Positions 8,333-23,658 of a DNA stretch of 42,822 nucleotides are shown one piece after another. Location: assembly GCA_002172625.1 (NCBI GenBank), contig NHEN01000002.1, positions 1 through 42,822 of the forward strand. Direction: 5' to 3'. The DNA comes from Verrucomicrobiaceae bacterium TMED86. GTDB taxonomy: Bacteria; Verrucomicrobiota; Verrucomicrobiia; Verrucomicrobiales; Akkermansiaceae. The position numbers were made by a program, and so were the translations under genes. The notes beneath the pieces were generated by a model. It was not told the DNA's origin and ran no database searches. It saw only the letters and a program-made list of their open reading frames with translations. How positions within the stretch are numbered: position 1 is the first letter of the stretch; each line of letters starts with the position of its first letter.

Positions 8333-11300
8333 TTATTCACCTAACGCCTCGGCGGGAGGAGTATCAGCAACTTCCGACGGAGGAGTAATCTCTTCACCTT
8401 CGGGTGTTTCAGGCTCTTCCTTCACAGGCTCGGGCTCTTCCACGGTCATTTCGAAGTCTGAGCTCTTGTGAACAGGGAATCCGGTTCCAGCTGGGATGAG
8501 GTGGCCGAGAATGACGTTCTCCTTGAATCCGCGGAGAGTATCAATCTTTCCGAGAGTCGCGGCATCAGTCAGCACACGGGTGGTGTCCTGGAAGGACGCT
8601 GCCGAGATGAAGGATTCCGTCTCAATCGAGGCCTTGGTGATTCCGAGGAGAACGGGCTCAGCTTCGGCAGGCTTACCACCCTCTGAAGTGACACGCTTGT
8701 TTTCGGCATTGAAGGTCGTCTTCTCAATCTGGTCACCCCAAAGGAATTCGGTATCGCCCGGCTCGGTGATCTTCACTTTGCGAAGCATTTGACGGATGAT
8801 GATCTCGATGTGCTTGTCATTAATCTCGACACCCTGCGAACGGTAAACGGTCTGAACCTCATTATTAAGGTGCTCCTGCAGTGCCTGCGGTCCGCATGCC
8901 TCGAGGAGGTCTTCCGGAGCAACAGGTCCCTCGGTAATCTGATCACCACGCAACACCGTATCTCCTTCACCAACAATCATGTGCTTGCCCATTGGAACAA
9001 GGTGATCAGCGGTTTCGCCGGATTCGAGGTGAGTTACGATGACCTTGCGCTTACCGCGGACAGTGCCTCCAAAGGAGATTTCACCGTCGAGCTTGGCAAT
9101 GACACAGGCGTCTTTCGGACGACGAGCTTCGAAGAGTTCGGCAACCCGTGGAAGACCGCCGGTAATGTCACCGGTCTTGGCAACTTTACGTGGAGTTCGT
9201 GCAAGCTGCGTTCCGCCAGCGATCTTCTGCTTATCCTTCACCGCGAGGCGAGCACCCACTGGGATCGAGTAGCTGTGAAGCACATCACCGGACTTGGCAT
9301 TAACGATAACAACCTGCGGGTGAAGGTCTTCTTTGTGCTCTGTAACAGTCATCCCCTTTTTACCGGTCTGCTTGTCTGTTTCAGACTGCACGGTAATTCC
9401 AGAAATCATGTCGCGGAACTCAACCTTGCCACCGCTTTCAGCGATGATGGGGACAGAGTGCGGATCCCAAGTCAGGATCTTCTGCCCTTTCTTCACGTTG
9501 CCGCCGTCTCCGACGGTAATGAAGGAACCAATCACAACATTGTAGGATTCAAGCTCGAGGCCATCGGCGTCGCGCACGAGAATCGAACCACCTTTGTTCA
9601 GAACAACATGGTTTCCATCAACATCCTCAACAGTGCGAAGTTCTTTGAAATACATCACACCCTTACTCTTGGACTTCACCTCGGGCTGCTTGCTGGCACC
9701 AATGGCCACACCACCGGAGTGGAATGTCCGCATGGTCAGCTGCGTTCCGGGCTCACCAATCGACTGGGCAGCGATGATACCGACGGCTTCACCAATCTTA
9801 CCAAGGTTTCCGGTCGCTAGATTGAGGCCATAACAAGTTTGGCAACATCCACGCTCGGATTCACAAGTAAGCGGAGAGCGAATCTTGAGACGCTCGTGAC
9901 CGACGTTCTCGACGGCTTTGGAAATTTCTTCATCCATCAACTGACCAATCTTAACGATGGTTTTCCCAGTGACAGGATCAACGATCTTCTCGCAGGAAGA
10001 ACGACCAAAGATACGGGACTGCAGGGAAGCTGCTTCCTCGTCACCCGAGTAAATCGCGTGAACAGTGATCCCTTTTACGGTTCCGCAATCCGGTTCGGTG
10101 ATGATCACGTCCTGGGAGACATCAACCAACTTACGGGTCATGTATCCGGAGTCCGCAGTCTTAAGAGCGGTATCGGCGAGACCTTTACGCGCTCCGTGAG
10201 TGGAGATGAAGTATTCCAACACCGAAAGGCCTTCACGGAAGTTCGAAGTAATGGGACGCTCGATAATCTCACCCGACGGTTTGGCCATCAAACCACGCAT
10301 TCCGGAGAGCTGCTTAATCTGGTTCTTGTTACCACGAGCACCGGAGTCAACCATCATGAAGAGCGGATTGGCTTTCTCGGAACCTTCGTTATACTCAAGC
10401 TTACGATAAAGAGCATTCGCGATATTGTCGGAAGCGCGGGTCCAAACGTCGACCACCTTCTGGTAGCGCTCACCGTCGGTGATGACACCATTACGGTAAT
10501 GCTTGGAAACGGTCTCAATCTCAGCGTAAGCCTTCTTGAGCTCCTCGGGCTTCTCCTCGGGAATCACCATGTCGACGATACCAATGGAACAACCGGAACG
10601 GGTCGCTTCAGCAAAGCCAAGTGACTTCAAGCGATCCATGGTCTTTACAGTCTCGGGACCACCGGCACACTGATAGCAGCGCCAAATGATGTCTCCGATT
10701 TGTCCTTTGCCGACGTTATTGTTGATAAAGCCAACTCCTTCGGGCCAGATCTCGTTGAAACGAACACGACCGGGAGTGGTTTCGAGAATCTTGGCTTCCT
10801 TGTCACCAAAGACAGTGTCTTTACCGTAGTCCGGGTTACGCACGCGGATGTACTGGTGGTAGTCGACCTTGCGGTTGGCAATCGCGAACTCCACTTCAGT
10901 GGTGTTTTCGAAGAGGCTCAAGTGACCTTGCTTTTCGATCTCCTTAGGAGTGCGAACTCGGGCCCAGGTGAGGTAGTAGGTTCCAAGAATAATGTCCTGC
11001 GAAGGAGTAATCACGGGACGTCCGGATGCCGGTGAGAAGATGTTATTGGTCGCAAGCATAAGCTGGCGACACTCCATCTGGGCTTCAACCGAAAGTGGCA
11101 CGTGCACCGCCATCTGATCACCATCGAAGTCGGCATTGTATGCTCCGCAAGTCAGCGGGTGCAAACGAATAGCAGATCCCTCAATGAGGACGGGCTCGAA
11201 AGCCTGGATGGACAAACGGTGGAGGGTCGGCGCGCGGTTCAGCATCACCGGATGACCTTTGGTCACTTCAGCAAGGATGTCCCAAACTTCGGTGGTCTTG

Positions 11301-12520
11301 CGGTCGATCATCTTCTTGGCTGAACGAACAGTATGGCAGTAACCCAGCTCCTTCAGACGACGGATGATGAACGGCTCGAAGAGAGTCAGAGCCATCTTCT
11401 TGGGAAGACCGCACTGGTTCAACTTAAGCTCAGGGCCAATCACGATCACGGAACGACCGGAGTAGTCCACACGCTTACCAAGGAGATTCTGACGGAAACG
11501 TCCGCCCTTACCCTTGAGCATATCGGAAAGCGACTTAAGAGCACGGTTGCCGGCTCCGGTCACGGCACGTCCATGACGTCCGTTATCGAAGAGGGCATCA
11601 ACCGCCTCCTGCAGCATGCGCTTTTCGTTTCGGATAATGACTTCAGGAGTCTTCAACTGCATCAAGTTGCGGAGACGATTGTTCCGGTTAATGACACGGC
11701 GATAGAGATCGTTCAGGTCGGAAGTCGCAAAGCGGCCACCTTCCAAAGGAACCAGAGGACGAAGATCGGGAGGAATGACAGGAAGAACCGTCATGATCAT
11801 CCACTCGGGACGCGTATTCGAGTAGAGGAATCCGCGGGCGAGCTTGAGGCGCTTGGCCAGCTTCTTGCGGTTCTGCTTCGAACGAGTCGCTTCCATGGCC
11901 TCTTCAAGCTCAACGATAAGCTTTTCAAGGTCGGTTTGGCTCAGGAGATCACGAATCGCCTCGGCACCCATTCCGGCGCGGAAGGCTTCGTCACCGTAAT
12001 CTTCCTCGGCGTCACGGAGTTCATTTTCAGTGAGGAGTTGGCCAGCCTCAAGAGGAGTCTTACCGGGCTCGGTCACAAGGTAGTCCTCATAGTAAATAAC
12101 ACGCTCAAGTTCACGCGCGGTCATGTCGAGGACAAGACCGATACGGGAAGGCATGCACTTGTAGAACCAAATGTGGGAGACCGGAACAGCAAGGTCGATG
12201 TGGCCCATGCGCTCACGACGAACCCGAGAGAGGGTCACCTCAACACCACAACGGTCACAGACGGTGCCCTTGTGTTTGATGCGCTTGTATTTCCCGCAGG
12301 CACATTCCCAGTCGCGGGTCGGTCCGAAGATCCGCTCGCAGAAGAGCCCGCCTTTTTCCGGCTTGAATGTCCGGTAGTTGATGGTTTCAGGATTGAGAAC
12401 CTCGCCATTGGACCAAGACCGAATGGTCTCGGGATTGGCGACGGTAATGGAAACCTGGTCGAAGGGATCCGGCTTGGTATCCACTCCGTATAGTTCGCGA
12501 AGATTAGTTTCAACACTCAT
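8333..12520 (-). CDS. rpoC: DNA-directed RNA polymerase beta' subunit
   Basis: 1395 aa. It has the zinc finger [23 protein letters not shown], the catalytic [12 protein letters not shown] and trigger-loop/bridge-helix regions. Confidence 0.98.
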   Translation of the reverse strand: MSVETNLRELYGVDTKPDPFDQVSITVANPETIRSWSNGEVLNPETINYRTFKPEKGGLFCERIFGPTRDWECACGKYKRIKHKGTVCDRCGVEVTLSRVRRERMGHIDLAVPVSHIWFYKCMPSRIGLVLDMTARELERVIYYEDYLVTEPGKTPLEAGQLLTENELRDAEEDYGDEAFRAGMGAEAIRDLLSQTDLEKLIVELEEAMEATRSKQNRKKLAKRLKLARGFLYSNTRPEWMIMTVLPVIPPDLRPLVPLEGGRFATSDLNDLYRRVINRNNRLRNLMQLKTPEVIIRNEKRMLQEAVDALFDNGRHGRAVTGAGNRALKSLSDMLKGKGGRFRQNLLGKRVDYSGRSVIVIGPELKLNQCGLPKKMALTLFEPFIIRRLKELGYCHTVRSAKKMIDRKTTEVWDILAEVTKGHPVMLNRAPTLHRLSIQAFEPVLIEGSAIRLHPLTCGAYNADFDGDQMAVHVPLSVEAQMECRQLMLATNNIFSPASGRPVITPSQDIILGTYYLTWARVRTPKEIEKQGHLSLFENTTEVEFAIANRKVDYHQYIRVRNPDYGKDTVFGDKEAKILETTPGRVRFNEIWPEGVGFINNNVGKGQIGDIIWRCYQCAGGPETVKTMDRLKSLGFAEATRSGCSIGIVDMVIPEEKPEELKKAYAEIETVSKHYRNGVITDGERYQKVVDVWTRASDNIANALYRKLEYNEGSEKANPLFMMVDSGARGNKNQIKQLSGMRGLMAKPSGEIIERPITSNFREGLSVLEYFISTHGARKGLADTALKTADSGYMTRKLVDVSQDVIITEPDCGTVKGITVHAIYSGDEEAASLQSRIFGRSSCEKIVDPVTGKTIVKIGQLMDEEISKAVENVGHERLKIRSPLTCESERGCCQTCYGLNLATGNLGKIGEAVGIIAAQSIGEPGTQLTMRTFHSGGVAIGASKQPEVKSKSKGVMYFKELRTVEDVDGNHVVLNKGGSILVRDADGLELESYNVVIGSFITVGDGGNVKKGQKILTWDPHSVPIIAESGGKVEFRDMISGITVQSETDKQTGKKGMTVTEHKEDLHPQVVIVNAKSGDVLHSYSIPVGARLAVKDKQKIAGGTQLARTPRKVAKTGDITGGLPRVAELFEARRPKDACVIAKLDGEISFGGTVRGKRKVIVTHLESGETADHLVPMGKHMIVGEGDTVLRGDQITEGPVAPEDLLEACGPQALQEHLNNEVQTVYRSQGVEINDKHIEIIIRQMLRKVKITEPGDTEFLWGDQIEKTTFNAENKRVTSEGGKPAEAEPVLLGITKASIETESFISAASFQDTTRVLTDAATLGKIDTLRGFKENVILGHLIPAGTGFPVHKSSDFEMTVEEPEPVKEEPETPEGEEITPPSEVADTPPAEALGE

Positions 12521-12565
12521 GAGATCAGTTTAAGTAGTTTGGAATTTATGTTCTCTGGGTTGGAT

Positions 12566-16435
<3,870 letters not shown>

Positions 16436-16629
16436 AGTGTAATCCGGATGGAATTTACACCGGACCCACAGGGGCCGGTGTTAGATTTTTTGGTTTGGAA
16501 TTGCAATTCCGTTTGTGTGCGGTGAGCGGGCACGAACGGAGAACAGCTAATTTCAGTTGGTGAAACGGGCTGATCTCCGGCCGGGCCCAATCCCGGTCGA
16601 AACCGGGACTGGGGTAAAATCCGGAGGGT

Positions 16630-17007
16630 CTACTTGAGCTCGACTTTGGCGCCGGCCTCTTCGAGAGCCTTTTTAGCTTCCTCAGCAGCATCCTTGGCAA
16701 GGCCTTCGGCTACAGCAACGGGAGCTGATTCAACAAGCTTCTTGGCTTCGGCAAGACCGAGACCGGAAGCAACTCCGCGAACAGCCTTAATGACAGCAAT
16801 CTTGTTGCCACCGGCTTCTGCGAGAACCACGTCGAATTCAGTCTTCTCTTCAGCTGGAGCTGCGTCGGCGGCTGGGCCGGCTGCTGCTGCTGCGACTGGA
16901 GCAGCGGCGGAAACGCCCCACTCTTCTTCAAGGTTCTTTACCAATTCGGCTGCTTCCAAAACGGAAAGCTTACCGAGCTCTTCTGCTAATTTTGTAATGT
17001 CTGACAT
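16630..17007 (-). CDS. rplL: 50S ribosomal protein L7/L12
   Basis: 125 aa. It has an Ala-rich hinge and the C-terminal domain [25 protein letters not shown]...GAKVELK. Confidence 0.97.
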   Translation of the reverse strand: MSDITKLAEELGKLSVLEAAELVKNLEEEWGVSAAAPVAAAAAGPAADAAPAEEKTEFDVVLAEAGGNKIAVIKAVRGVASGLGLAEAKKLVESAPVAVAEGLAKDAAEEAKKALEEAGAKVELK

Positions 17008-17158
17008 TGTATTGTTTTGTCGGTATCGTCGCGTTCAAGGCTTTTAAACATTTCAATCTCACTGCCGTAAGATCGACGAGGAACCAGTTTTGTTGTCCAG
17101 GAATTCCGCTCTTCGATAAATCGATGACCGGAAAACCATCCGTTCAAATTTGTTGGGT

Positions 17159-17671
17159 TTAGCCTTCGTCGGGGAACTTGGCTTTGATGACACGGGCCAG
17201 CGATCCGGCGGGCTCGTTGATGGTGCGAAGCAACTTGGTTGCCGGCGCGTTGATGGTCGAGAGAAGCATTCCAAGCATAACTTCCCGTGAAGGAAGACTC
17301 GCAAGTGCGGTGACTTGGGCGGCATCGAGAACCGATCCGTCGAGGATTCCGGCCTTGATTTCGGGCTTATTGAACTCCTTGGCGAAGTTGGCAACAGCTT
17401 TGGCCACGCCACATACATCGGAATCTCCGGTGATGAAGGCGGTCTGCCCTACAAGGCTTTCGCTGAGGTCAGGAAGTCCGGCGTCGGCGAGAACACGCTT
17501 CATGAAAGTATTCTTGGCAACGTGGCACTCGGCTCCGGCTTCGGAAAGACGACCGCGTAGTTCGTCAAACTCAGGAACAGTCACTCCGGTGTAGTCCACT
17601 ACCAAGACGAAGGGAGACACGTCCACGCGCTCCTTAATTTCATCGAGAATGTATTTTTTATCTGGGTTCAT
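17159..17671 (-). CDS. rplJ: 50S ribosomal protein L10
   Basis: 170 aa. Its position between rplA and rplL fits, as does an L10-like N-terminus (KKYILDEIKERVDVSPFVLVVDYTGVTVPEFDELR). Confidence 0.93.
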   Translation of the reverse strand: MNPDKKYILDEIKERVDVSPFVLVVDYTGVTVPEFDELRGRLSEAGAECHVAKNTFMKRVLADAGLPDLSESLVGQTAFITGDSDVCGVAKAVANFAKEFNKPEIKAGILDGSVLDAAQVTALASLPSREVMLGMLLSTINAPATKLLRTINEPAGSLARVIKAKFPDEG

Positions 17672-17680
17672 GGCAGTAGG

Positions 17681-18382
17681 TTAAGACGTGGTATAAATGG
17701 ATGGATCGAGGCTCAAACCGGGGAGCATCGATGAGGAAATGGTAATATTCTCGATGTAATTGCCTTTGGCAGAAGCGGGCTTGGCTTTCACGAGACTCTC
17801 GATGAGAGCACCGGCATTTTCGGCAATCTGCTCTTCGGAGAAGGAAGCTTTTCCGACGGCAGCAGCGATGTTGGCGTTTTTGTCGATCTTATAATCGATC
17901 CGACCGGCCTTAACTGCATTGACCGCCTTGGCCGTATCATTGGTAACCGTTCCAGTCTTGGGATTGGGCATGAGGCCGCGTGGTCCGAGAACCCGGGCAA
18001 CCTTACGCACCTCAGTCATGGCATCGGGAGTGGCGATCGCAGCGTCGAAATCGACATAACCGCCTTGCACCTTCTTGATCAGCTCTTCGAATCCCACTTC
18101 GTCAGCTCCTGCTTCTTCAGCAGCCTTGGCCGCATCGCCTTGGGCGAATACGATCACGCGGACAGTCTTACCGGTTCCGTGGGGCAGGGCCACACTTCCG
18201 CGGACCATCTGGTCGCTTTTACGAGGATCGACACCCATGTTCGCTGAAATGATGACTGTTCCGTCGAACTTGGGCGCGGGGAACTTCTTAAGAAGAGCGG
18301 CAGCGTCTGCGAGGGAGTATTTCGCTCCTTCTTCGACGAGGGCTGCGGCCTTCGCGTAACGTTTACTTCTTTTATTACTCAT
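17681..18382 (-). CDS. rplA: 50S ribosomal protein L1
   Basis: 233 aa. Motifs seen: [47 protein letters not shown] and [15 protein letters not shown]. Confidence 0.97.
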   Translation of the reverse strand: MSNKRSKRYAKAAALVEEGAKYSLADAAALLKKFPAPKFDGTVIISANMGVDPRKSDQMVRGSVALPHGTGKTVRVIVFAQGDAAKAAEEAGADEVGFEELIKKVQGGYVDFDAAIATPDAMTEVRKVARVLGPRGLMPNPKTGTVTNDTAKAVNAVKAGRIDYKIDKNANIAAAVGKASFSEEQIAENAGALIESLVKAKPASAKGNYIENITISSSMLPGLSLDPSIYTTS

Positions 18383-18474
18383 TGTTTTTTTGGCAGTGCG
18401 ATCGGATGGCCTATTAAAACCACCCTCCTGCTATTGGATTGCCCTCCCCTCTTCAGAGTCGGGCGAGATTGAAT

Positions 18475-18900
18475 TTAGGCTTCGATTTCGAGGCCCATCT
18501 GGCGGGCGGTGCCAGCCAAGATCTTGGCGGCCTGCTCGGGGTCGTTGGTGTTGAGATCAACGATCTTGCGGTCGACGACTTCCATCAACTTGGCGCGTGA
18601 CAGCGTGCCAACCTTAACTTTGTTGGGTTCACCGGAACCGGAAGCAAGTCCGGCAGCCTTCTTGAGAAGGACCGCTGCGGGCGGCTGCTTGGTAACGAAA
18701 GTGAAGCTGCTGTCATTATAAACCGTGATGATCGTCGGGAGGAGATCTCCGGCAGACGCCTGGGTCGCCGCGTTGAATTCCTTGCAGAAACCCATGATAT
18801 TAACTCCGGCCTGACCGAGTGCGGGACCGACGGGAGGTGAAGGATTTGCTTGTCCTGCCTGGATTTGCAGTTTGAGAACGGATTTTACTTCCTTAGCCAT
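18475..18900 (-). CDS. rplK: 50S ribosomal protein L11
   Basis: 141 aa. Motif seen: [36 protein letters not shown]. Confidence 0.97.
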   Translation of the reverse strand: MAKEVKSVLKLQIQAGQANPSPPVGPALGQAGVNIMGFCKEFNAATQASAGDLLPTIITVYNDSSFTFVTKQPPAAVLLKKAAGLASGSGEPNKVKVGTLSRAKLMEVVDRKIVDLNTNDPEQAAKILAGTARQMGLEIEA

Positions 18901-18984
18901 GATATGAGGTGAGTGATAAAGTTTTGCCCTACGGGCGGAGAGGTGTGGTGGGTTTTATTGAGATAAAGTCAAGAAAGAAACAAC

Positions 18985-19554
18985 TTAGCCCTTCTCAACC
19001 TGCCAGTATTCGAGCTCCACCGGGGTGGAACGGCCAAAAATGGTAACTGCAACGCGGAGCTTGCCCTTTTCAGGGTCAATTTCCTCCACAATGCCGTTTT
19101 GACTTTCAAAGGGACCGTCGGAGACCTTTACGGTATCGCCAACTTCAAATTCGATGGACGGACGAACACTCCCCTCACGCTCCTCGATCTGACTGAGCAT
19201 GCTGGCGACTTCCTTGGCACGCATCGGGATCGGCTGGCTTTTGGCCCCGGCAAATCCGATGGCTCCATCAAGTTCCTGCATGAAATACCAGGTATCTTCG
19301 ACAACCTCGTTGTTGGGCTGCAGAAGGTGCATGTTGATGATGACGTATCCCGGGAAGAATTTCTTCTTACTCTCGGTTTTCTTGCCGGCACGGACTTCGG
19401 AGACCAATTCGGTAGGAACAAGAACATTGAAGATCTTGTCGCCAAGCTCTTCCGATTCCACGAGACGCTCGATGCGGCTCTTCACCTTCTGCTCCTGACC
19501 GGAGAGAACGTGAACCACATACCATTGGTCTTTCGGTGCGGGAATGGTGGGCAT
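18985..19554 (-). CDS. nusG: transcription termination/antitermination factor NusG
   Basis: 189 aa. It has the NGN domain (WYVVHVLSGQEQKV, FPGYVIINM) and a C-terminal KOW (GDTVKVSDGPFESQNGIVEEID). It sits between secE and rplK, the conserved position. Confidence 0.95.
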   Translation of the reverse strand: MPTIPAPKDQWYVVHVLSGQEQKVKSRIERLVESEELGDKIFNVLVPTELVSEVRAGKKTESKKKFFPGYVIINMHLLQPNNEVVEDTWYFMQELDGAIGFAGAKSQPIPMRAKEVASMLSQIEEREGSVRPSIEFEVGDTVKVSDGPFESQNGIVEEIDPEKGKLRVAVTIFGRSTPVELEYWQVEKG

Positions 19555-19599
19555 GAGAGTAGTAAGAAGTGATTGGTAAATAAAATGGGATGAAGGCGC

Positions 19600-19827
19600 C
19601 TATTGGGCGAGACCTCCGATGAATGTTACGGCTTGGGTATGAATGAGATCCCAGAGGCTGACGTAGGCGGCGAGCAGGATGATGGCAACCAGCACGACCA
19701 AAGTTGAATCAATCAATTCCTTGAATTTCTTGAATCCACGAACTTTGGGATCGGGATCCCAAGGCCAAGATGCTTTGCGGAGCTCGGTTTTGACCTCACC
19801 GATGAATTTAAAGGTTTTTTGGAACAT
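19600..19827 (-). CDS. secE: preprotein translocase subunit SecE
   Basis: 75 aa. It has the amphipathic FIGEVKTELRKASWP motif and then a single TM helix (TLVVLVAIILLAAYVSLW). It lies directly upstream of nusG. Confidence 0.9.
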   Translation of the reverse strand: MFQKTFKFIGEVKTELRKASWPWDPDPKVRGFKKFKELIDSTLVVLVAIILLAAYVSLWDLIHTQAVTFIGGLAQ

Positions 19828-19852
19828 GAAATTGAATGATTGCTAATTGAAG

Positions 19853-19928
19853 TGGCAGGACAGGCGAGACTCGAACTCGCAACACCTGGTTTTGGAAACC
19901 AGTACTCTACCAATTGAGCTACTGTCCT
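19853..19928 (-). tRNA. tRNA-Trp (anticodon CCA), 3' CCA encoded
   Basis: The minus-strand sequence is AGGACAGTAGCTCAATTGGTAGAGTACTGGTTTCCAAAACCAGGTGTTGCGAGTTCGAGTCTCGCCTGTCCTGCCA. It folds as a cloverleaf with acceptor AGGACAG/CTGTCCT, anticodon stem CTGGT/ACCAG with loop TTCCAAA, and T arm GCGAG-TTCGAGT-CTCGC. Confidence 0.95.
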
Positions 19929-20049
19929 TTTACTTTTAAAGATTTGTTTTTTGAGGCGACTGAGGGGGCACCCCTTACAGAGTGCCCCCATTAAAACCAG
20001 CCTGACAGACTGTCACCCGAGCGGGAAAACAATCTATCGATTTTAGTGA

Positions 20050-21234
20050 TTATTCGAGAATGTCGCCAACACGTCCGGCACCAACGGTGCGGCCGCCTTC
20101 ACGAATCGCGAACCGCATGGACTTCTCCATGGCAACCGGAGTGATCAGTTCAATTGTGAGGCTGACGTTATCACCAGGCATCACCATTTCAACTCCATCA
20201 GGAAGAGAAATAGAACCAGTCACGTCCGTTGTGCGGAAATAGAACTGTGGACGGTAGTTGCTGAAGAATGGAGTGTGACGTCCACCTTCGTCCTTCGAAA
20301 GAACGTAAACTTCAGCAGTGAACTTGGTGTGAGGAGTCACAGAACCAGGCTTCACGATACACTGACCACGCTCAAGGTCGTCCTTCTTAAGTCCGCGGAC
20401 AAGAAGACCGACGTTGTCCCCTGCACGACCTTCGTCGAGCAACTTACGGAACATTTCGATGTCAGTAATGGTGGTCTTCTGAGTGTCGCGGATACCCACG
20501 ATCTCAACCTCACCCATCTTCTCAATGATACCACGCTCAATACGTCCGGTAGCAACGGTTCCACGTCCTTCAATCGAGAACACGTCCTCAATAGGCATGA
20601 GGAAGTCCTGATCAACAGGGCGCTCAGGCTCAGGAATGTAGCTGTCAACAGCGTCCATGAGCTTAATGATGTTCTCCTTCTGAGCGGCGTCGCCTTCAAG
20701 AGCACCAAGGGCGGAACCCTTGACAATGGGGATGTCGTCCCCGGGAAATTCATACATGCTGAGAAGCTCGCGCACTTCCATTTCGACGAGCTCAAGAAGC
20801 TCCTCGTCGTCGACCTGATCGGTCTTATTGAGGAAGACCACAAGAGCGGGCACACCAACCTGACGAGCAAGCAGGATGTGCTCTCGGGTCTGGGGCATTG
20901 GGCCGTCCGCAGCGGAAACCACGAGAATACCACCGTCCATCTGGGCGGCTCCGGTAATCATGTTCTTCACGTAGTCAGCGTGACCTGGGCAGTCAACGTG
21001 CGCATAGTGACGAGTGTCGGTTTCATATTCGACGTGAGCGGTGGAAATAGTAATTCCACGCTCTTTCTCCTCTGGAGCGGCGTCGATTTCGTCATAAGCC
21101 TTTGCTTCTCCACCCATCTTCTCAGCGAGGACGGTGGTGATAGCGGCGGTGAGGGTGGTCTTTCCGTGGTCAACGTGGCCGATTGTGCCGACATTGACGT
21201 GAGGCTTATTCCTTTGGAACTGTTCTTTAGCCAT
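20050..21234 (-). CDS. tuf: elongation factor Tu
   Basis: Tracked ORF 20050..21387. The true start is the internal [28 protein letters not shown] at 21234, giving 394 aa. The upstream 51 codons read through the tRNA-Thr gene and are artefactual. Confidence 0.97.
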   Translation of the reverse strand: MAKEQFQRNKPHVNVGTIGHVDHGKTTLTAAITTVLAEKMGGEAKAYDEIDAAPEEKERGITISTAHVEYETDTRHYAHVDCPGHADYVKNMITGAAQMDGGILVVSAADGPMPQTREHILLARQVGVPALVVFLNKTDQVDDEELLELVEMEVRELLSMYEFPGDDIPIVKGSALGALEGDAAQKENIIKLMDAVDSYIPEPERPVDQDFLMPIEDVFSIEGRGTVATGRIERGIIEKMGEVEIVGIRDTQKTTITDIEMFRKLLDEGRAGDNVGLLVRGLKKDDLERGQCIVKPGSVTPHTKFTAEVYVLSKDEGGRHTPFFSNYRPQFYFRTTDVTGSISLPDGVEMVMPGDNVSLTIELITPVAMEKSMRFAIREGGRTVGAGRVGDILE

Positions 21235-21284
21235 TGTTCTGGTTGGTTTTAATTTAGCTGTTTTTGTCGTTTGAAGATTTCTGC

Positions 21285-21359
<75 letters not shown>

Positions 21360-21596
21360 AATTCCTACAAATTTCTATCAATCGCAATTAGCATTGGGAC
21401 AAGCGCACACAAGACCATTTCTAGGTTTTATCTGCCACTCCCCGCTGCTCAAAGCGAGCGGGAAGCTATCAAAGTCGGTCACTCTGTCAAAAGTATTTTC
21501 AAAAGAATGTCTCTTTAGCTGGAAACCCTATAAAATGGAGGTTTTCGAGGGATTCCTCAAGCCAAAAAGTGGCGTTTGGAACCCCTTTTTACCGAA

Positions 21597-22391
21597 TTAT
21601 TCTTCAACTAAACGATTAAACCTCTCGATTCGCTCCGTATGACCGGATTCTTCGTCGATATCGACAATCACGCCACAGAGCCTCACCGGGCCCTTGGCCA
21701 CCGGAAATCGCGTCGGTAATCCTGTCCGAAAGCGCCAAACCACCGAATCCACCTCTCTCCCAAGGACGGACACATCCGGCCCACACATCCCGGCATCGGT
21801 CAAATAAGCCGTTCCACCAGGAAAAATCGTCTCATCCGCCGTCTGAACGTGGGTGTGTGTGCCCACCACCAGAGAAGCCAGCCCATCCAGAGCCCGTCCC
21901 ATCGCGATTTTTTCGCTTGTGGCCTCGGCATGGAAATCCACCACGATCATTTTCACCCCCTCTTCCTCCCGAAGACGCTTAATCTCGTCTTCCAGCATCG
22001 TTAAAGGGTTTTCCAGCGGCGGATTCATAAAGGTCCGCCCCATCGCATTCAACACCGCCACTTTCCCCTTCGCCGTTTCCAGCACTACTGATCCTTTCCC
22101 TGGCGCCTCCGCCGGAAAGTTGATCGGCCTCAATAGCCTCGGCTCCGTCGGGAAATAATCCAAAATATCGCGTTGGTCCCAAACATGATCCCCCGTCGTG
22201 ACCACCGCAGCCCCTACCCGAAGCAGATCAATGCTGATTTTCGGGGTAATCCCCCGCCCTCCGGCGGCATTTTCACCATTGATAATGATAAAATCCACTT
22301 CCTCCGATTTCTTGATCTCCGCCAGTTGGCCAATCACCGCCGCACGGCCGGGCGAACCAACCACATCTCCCAAAAATAAAACTCTCATCAT
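21597..22391 (-). CDS. YmdB-like (TIGR00282-type) metallophosphoesterase
   Basis: 264 aa. Motifs seen: MRVLFLGDVVGSPGR, FIIINGENAAGGRGIT, VVTTGDHVWD, DFHAEATSEK and GTHTHVQTADE. Confidence 0.85.
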   Translation of the reverse strand: MMRVLFLGDVVGSPGRAAVIGQLAEIKKSEEVDFIIINGENAAGGRGITPKISIDLLRVGAAVVTTGDHVWDQRDILDYFPTEPRLLRPINFPAEAPGKGSVVLETAKGKVAVLNAMGRTFMNPPLENPLTMLEDEIKRLREEEGVKMIVVDFHAEATSEKIAMGRALDGLASLVVGTHTHVQTADETIFPGGTAYLTDAGMCGPDVSVLGREVDSVVWRFRTGLPTRFPVAKGPVRLCGVIVDIDEESGHTERIERFNRLVEE

Positions 22392-22446
22392 GGCACTACT
22401 TTTTTTTGAAGTTGCGAGCCCTTCGGCAACGCTCCATCAGTGAAGC

Positions 22447-23658
22447 ATGACAAAAGGGGGCTGGACAACGTCAATCCACTGGATCGTGATCGCCCTCGTT
22501 GTTTTAGTCGCAGGATATCTCCTCACTCGTGAAGGCGAAGAGGCCCTGCCGCCTCCGACTCAAACCAGCCTCCGGACCGAGCTTGCCCTCGCCCAGCTCG
22601 GCATCCCGCCGGACTGGTCACATCTGGACCGCTTCCAGGATACCATTTCACGCGGCACCTTCCTCAAACGCCTCGAAACGATCTATACCACGAACGACAG
22701 CTGGAAAAAATGGATCGAGGTCTCCGACACCGAGGCCACCTTGATTACTGCGGAGGATCCTTTCATCCTCCGCTTTGCCAAATCCGACAAGAACTCTCCG
22801 GGCTCGATCTGGAATTGGAAAAAACGATCTGAACTCCTCCCTTCAAGAAATCTTCCCCTCGAAGGCCTCATCATCGCGATAGACCCCGGGCACATCGGTG
22901 GAGAATTTGCAAAAATCGAAAAGCGCAAACTCAACTACCCCAACACGCCGGTCATCGAGGAAGGCACCATGACTCTTCGCACCGCAAAGTACCTTCAACC
23001 ACTTCTCGAAAATCTCGGCGCGAGCGTCTCTCTCACCCGAACCAAAACCGAACCCGTCACCCCGCTCCGCGCCAAAAACTTCCCCGATCCGCAGCTCTTC
23101 TATCGCACCGCCGAAATCCGAGCCCGCGCCGACCTCATCAACAAACAGATCAAACCCGACCTCGTCATCTGCCTCCACTTTAATGGCTCGGGCTCTCCGG
23201 CACTCTCCTCCGGACAACACTTCCATGTCATTCTCCCCGGAGCCTTTCACGAATCCGAAATCGCGCACGACGACGAACGCTTCGAAATGCTCCAACGCCT
23301 CCTCTCCGGCACCATCGAGGAAGAACTCCCACTCGCCGCCAGCATCGCCGCCTCCTTCGAGGAAGAAACCGATCTGCCAGCCTACACCTATCGGGCCAAT
23401 CACCAATTTTCGACCAATCTCGACAACAATCCTTTCCTCTGGGCCCGCAACCTTCTCGCCACCCGCCTCTACCAGTGCCCCGTCATTTTTCTGGAACCCT
23501 ATGTCATGAACAGTACCAACTTTGTCGAACGCATCAAGGCCGGGGACTACGAAGGCATTAAATTTATTGATGGCAAAAATCGTCGCTCGGTATATCGCGA
23601 ATATGCCCACGCCGTTGCAGACGGGCTCGCGAGACACTACACTTCGATTCATGACTAA
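22447..23658 (+). CDS. membrane-anchored N-acetylmuramoyl-L-alanine amidase-like protein (Amidase_3-type)
   Basis: 403 aa. It has an N-terminal TM helix (IHWIVIALVVLVAGYLL), then IAIDPGHIGGE and DLVICLHFNGSG, which resemble the Zn-ligand motifs of MurNAc-LAA amidases. The roughly 100-aa N-terminal region is unassigned. Confidence 0.65.
   Translation: MTKGGWTTSIHWIVIALVVLVAGYLLTREGEEALPPPTQTSLRTELALAQLGIPPDWSHLDRFQDTISRGTFLKRLETIYTTNDSWKKWIEVSDTEATLITAEDPFILRFAKSDKNSPGSIWNWKKRSELLPSRNLPLEGLIIAIDPGHIGGEFAKIEKRKLNYPNTPVIEEGTMTLRTAKYLQPLLENLGASVSLTRTKTEPVTPLRAKNFPDPQLFYRTAEIRARADLINKQIKPDLVICLHFNGSGSPALSSGQHFHVILPGAFHESEIAHDDERFEMLQRLLSGTIEEELPLAASIAASFEEETDLPAYTYRANHQFSTNLDNNPFLWARNLLATRLYQCPVIFLEPYVMNSTNFVERIKAGDYEGIKFIDGKNRRSVYREYAHAVADGLARHYTSIHD

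Noticed and set aside
19713-19991. Tracked 92-aa minus-strand ORF
   Set aside because: It overlaps the secE N-terminus out of frame and spans the tRNA-Trp gene. It has no recognisable motifs.
21360-21596. Candidate promoters for the tRNA-Thr-tuf transcript (a perfect TTGACA on the minus strand with a weak TAGCTT at 16 nt, and TTGTCC-19 nt-TAGAAA just upstream of the tRNA), plus a hairpin CCCGCT/AGCGGG
   Set aside because: The -10 elements and spacings are poor, and promoter consensus for this clade is not something I can assume. The support is not strong enough to annotate.
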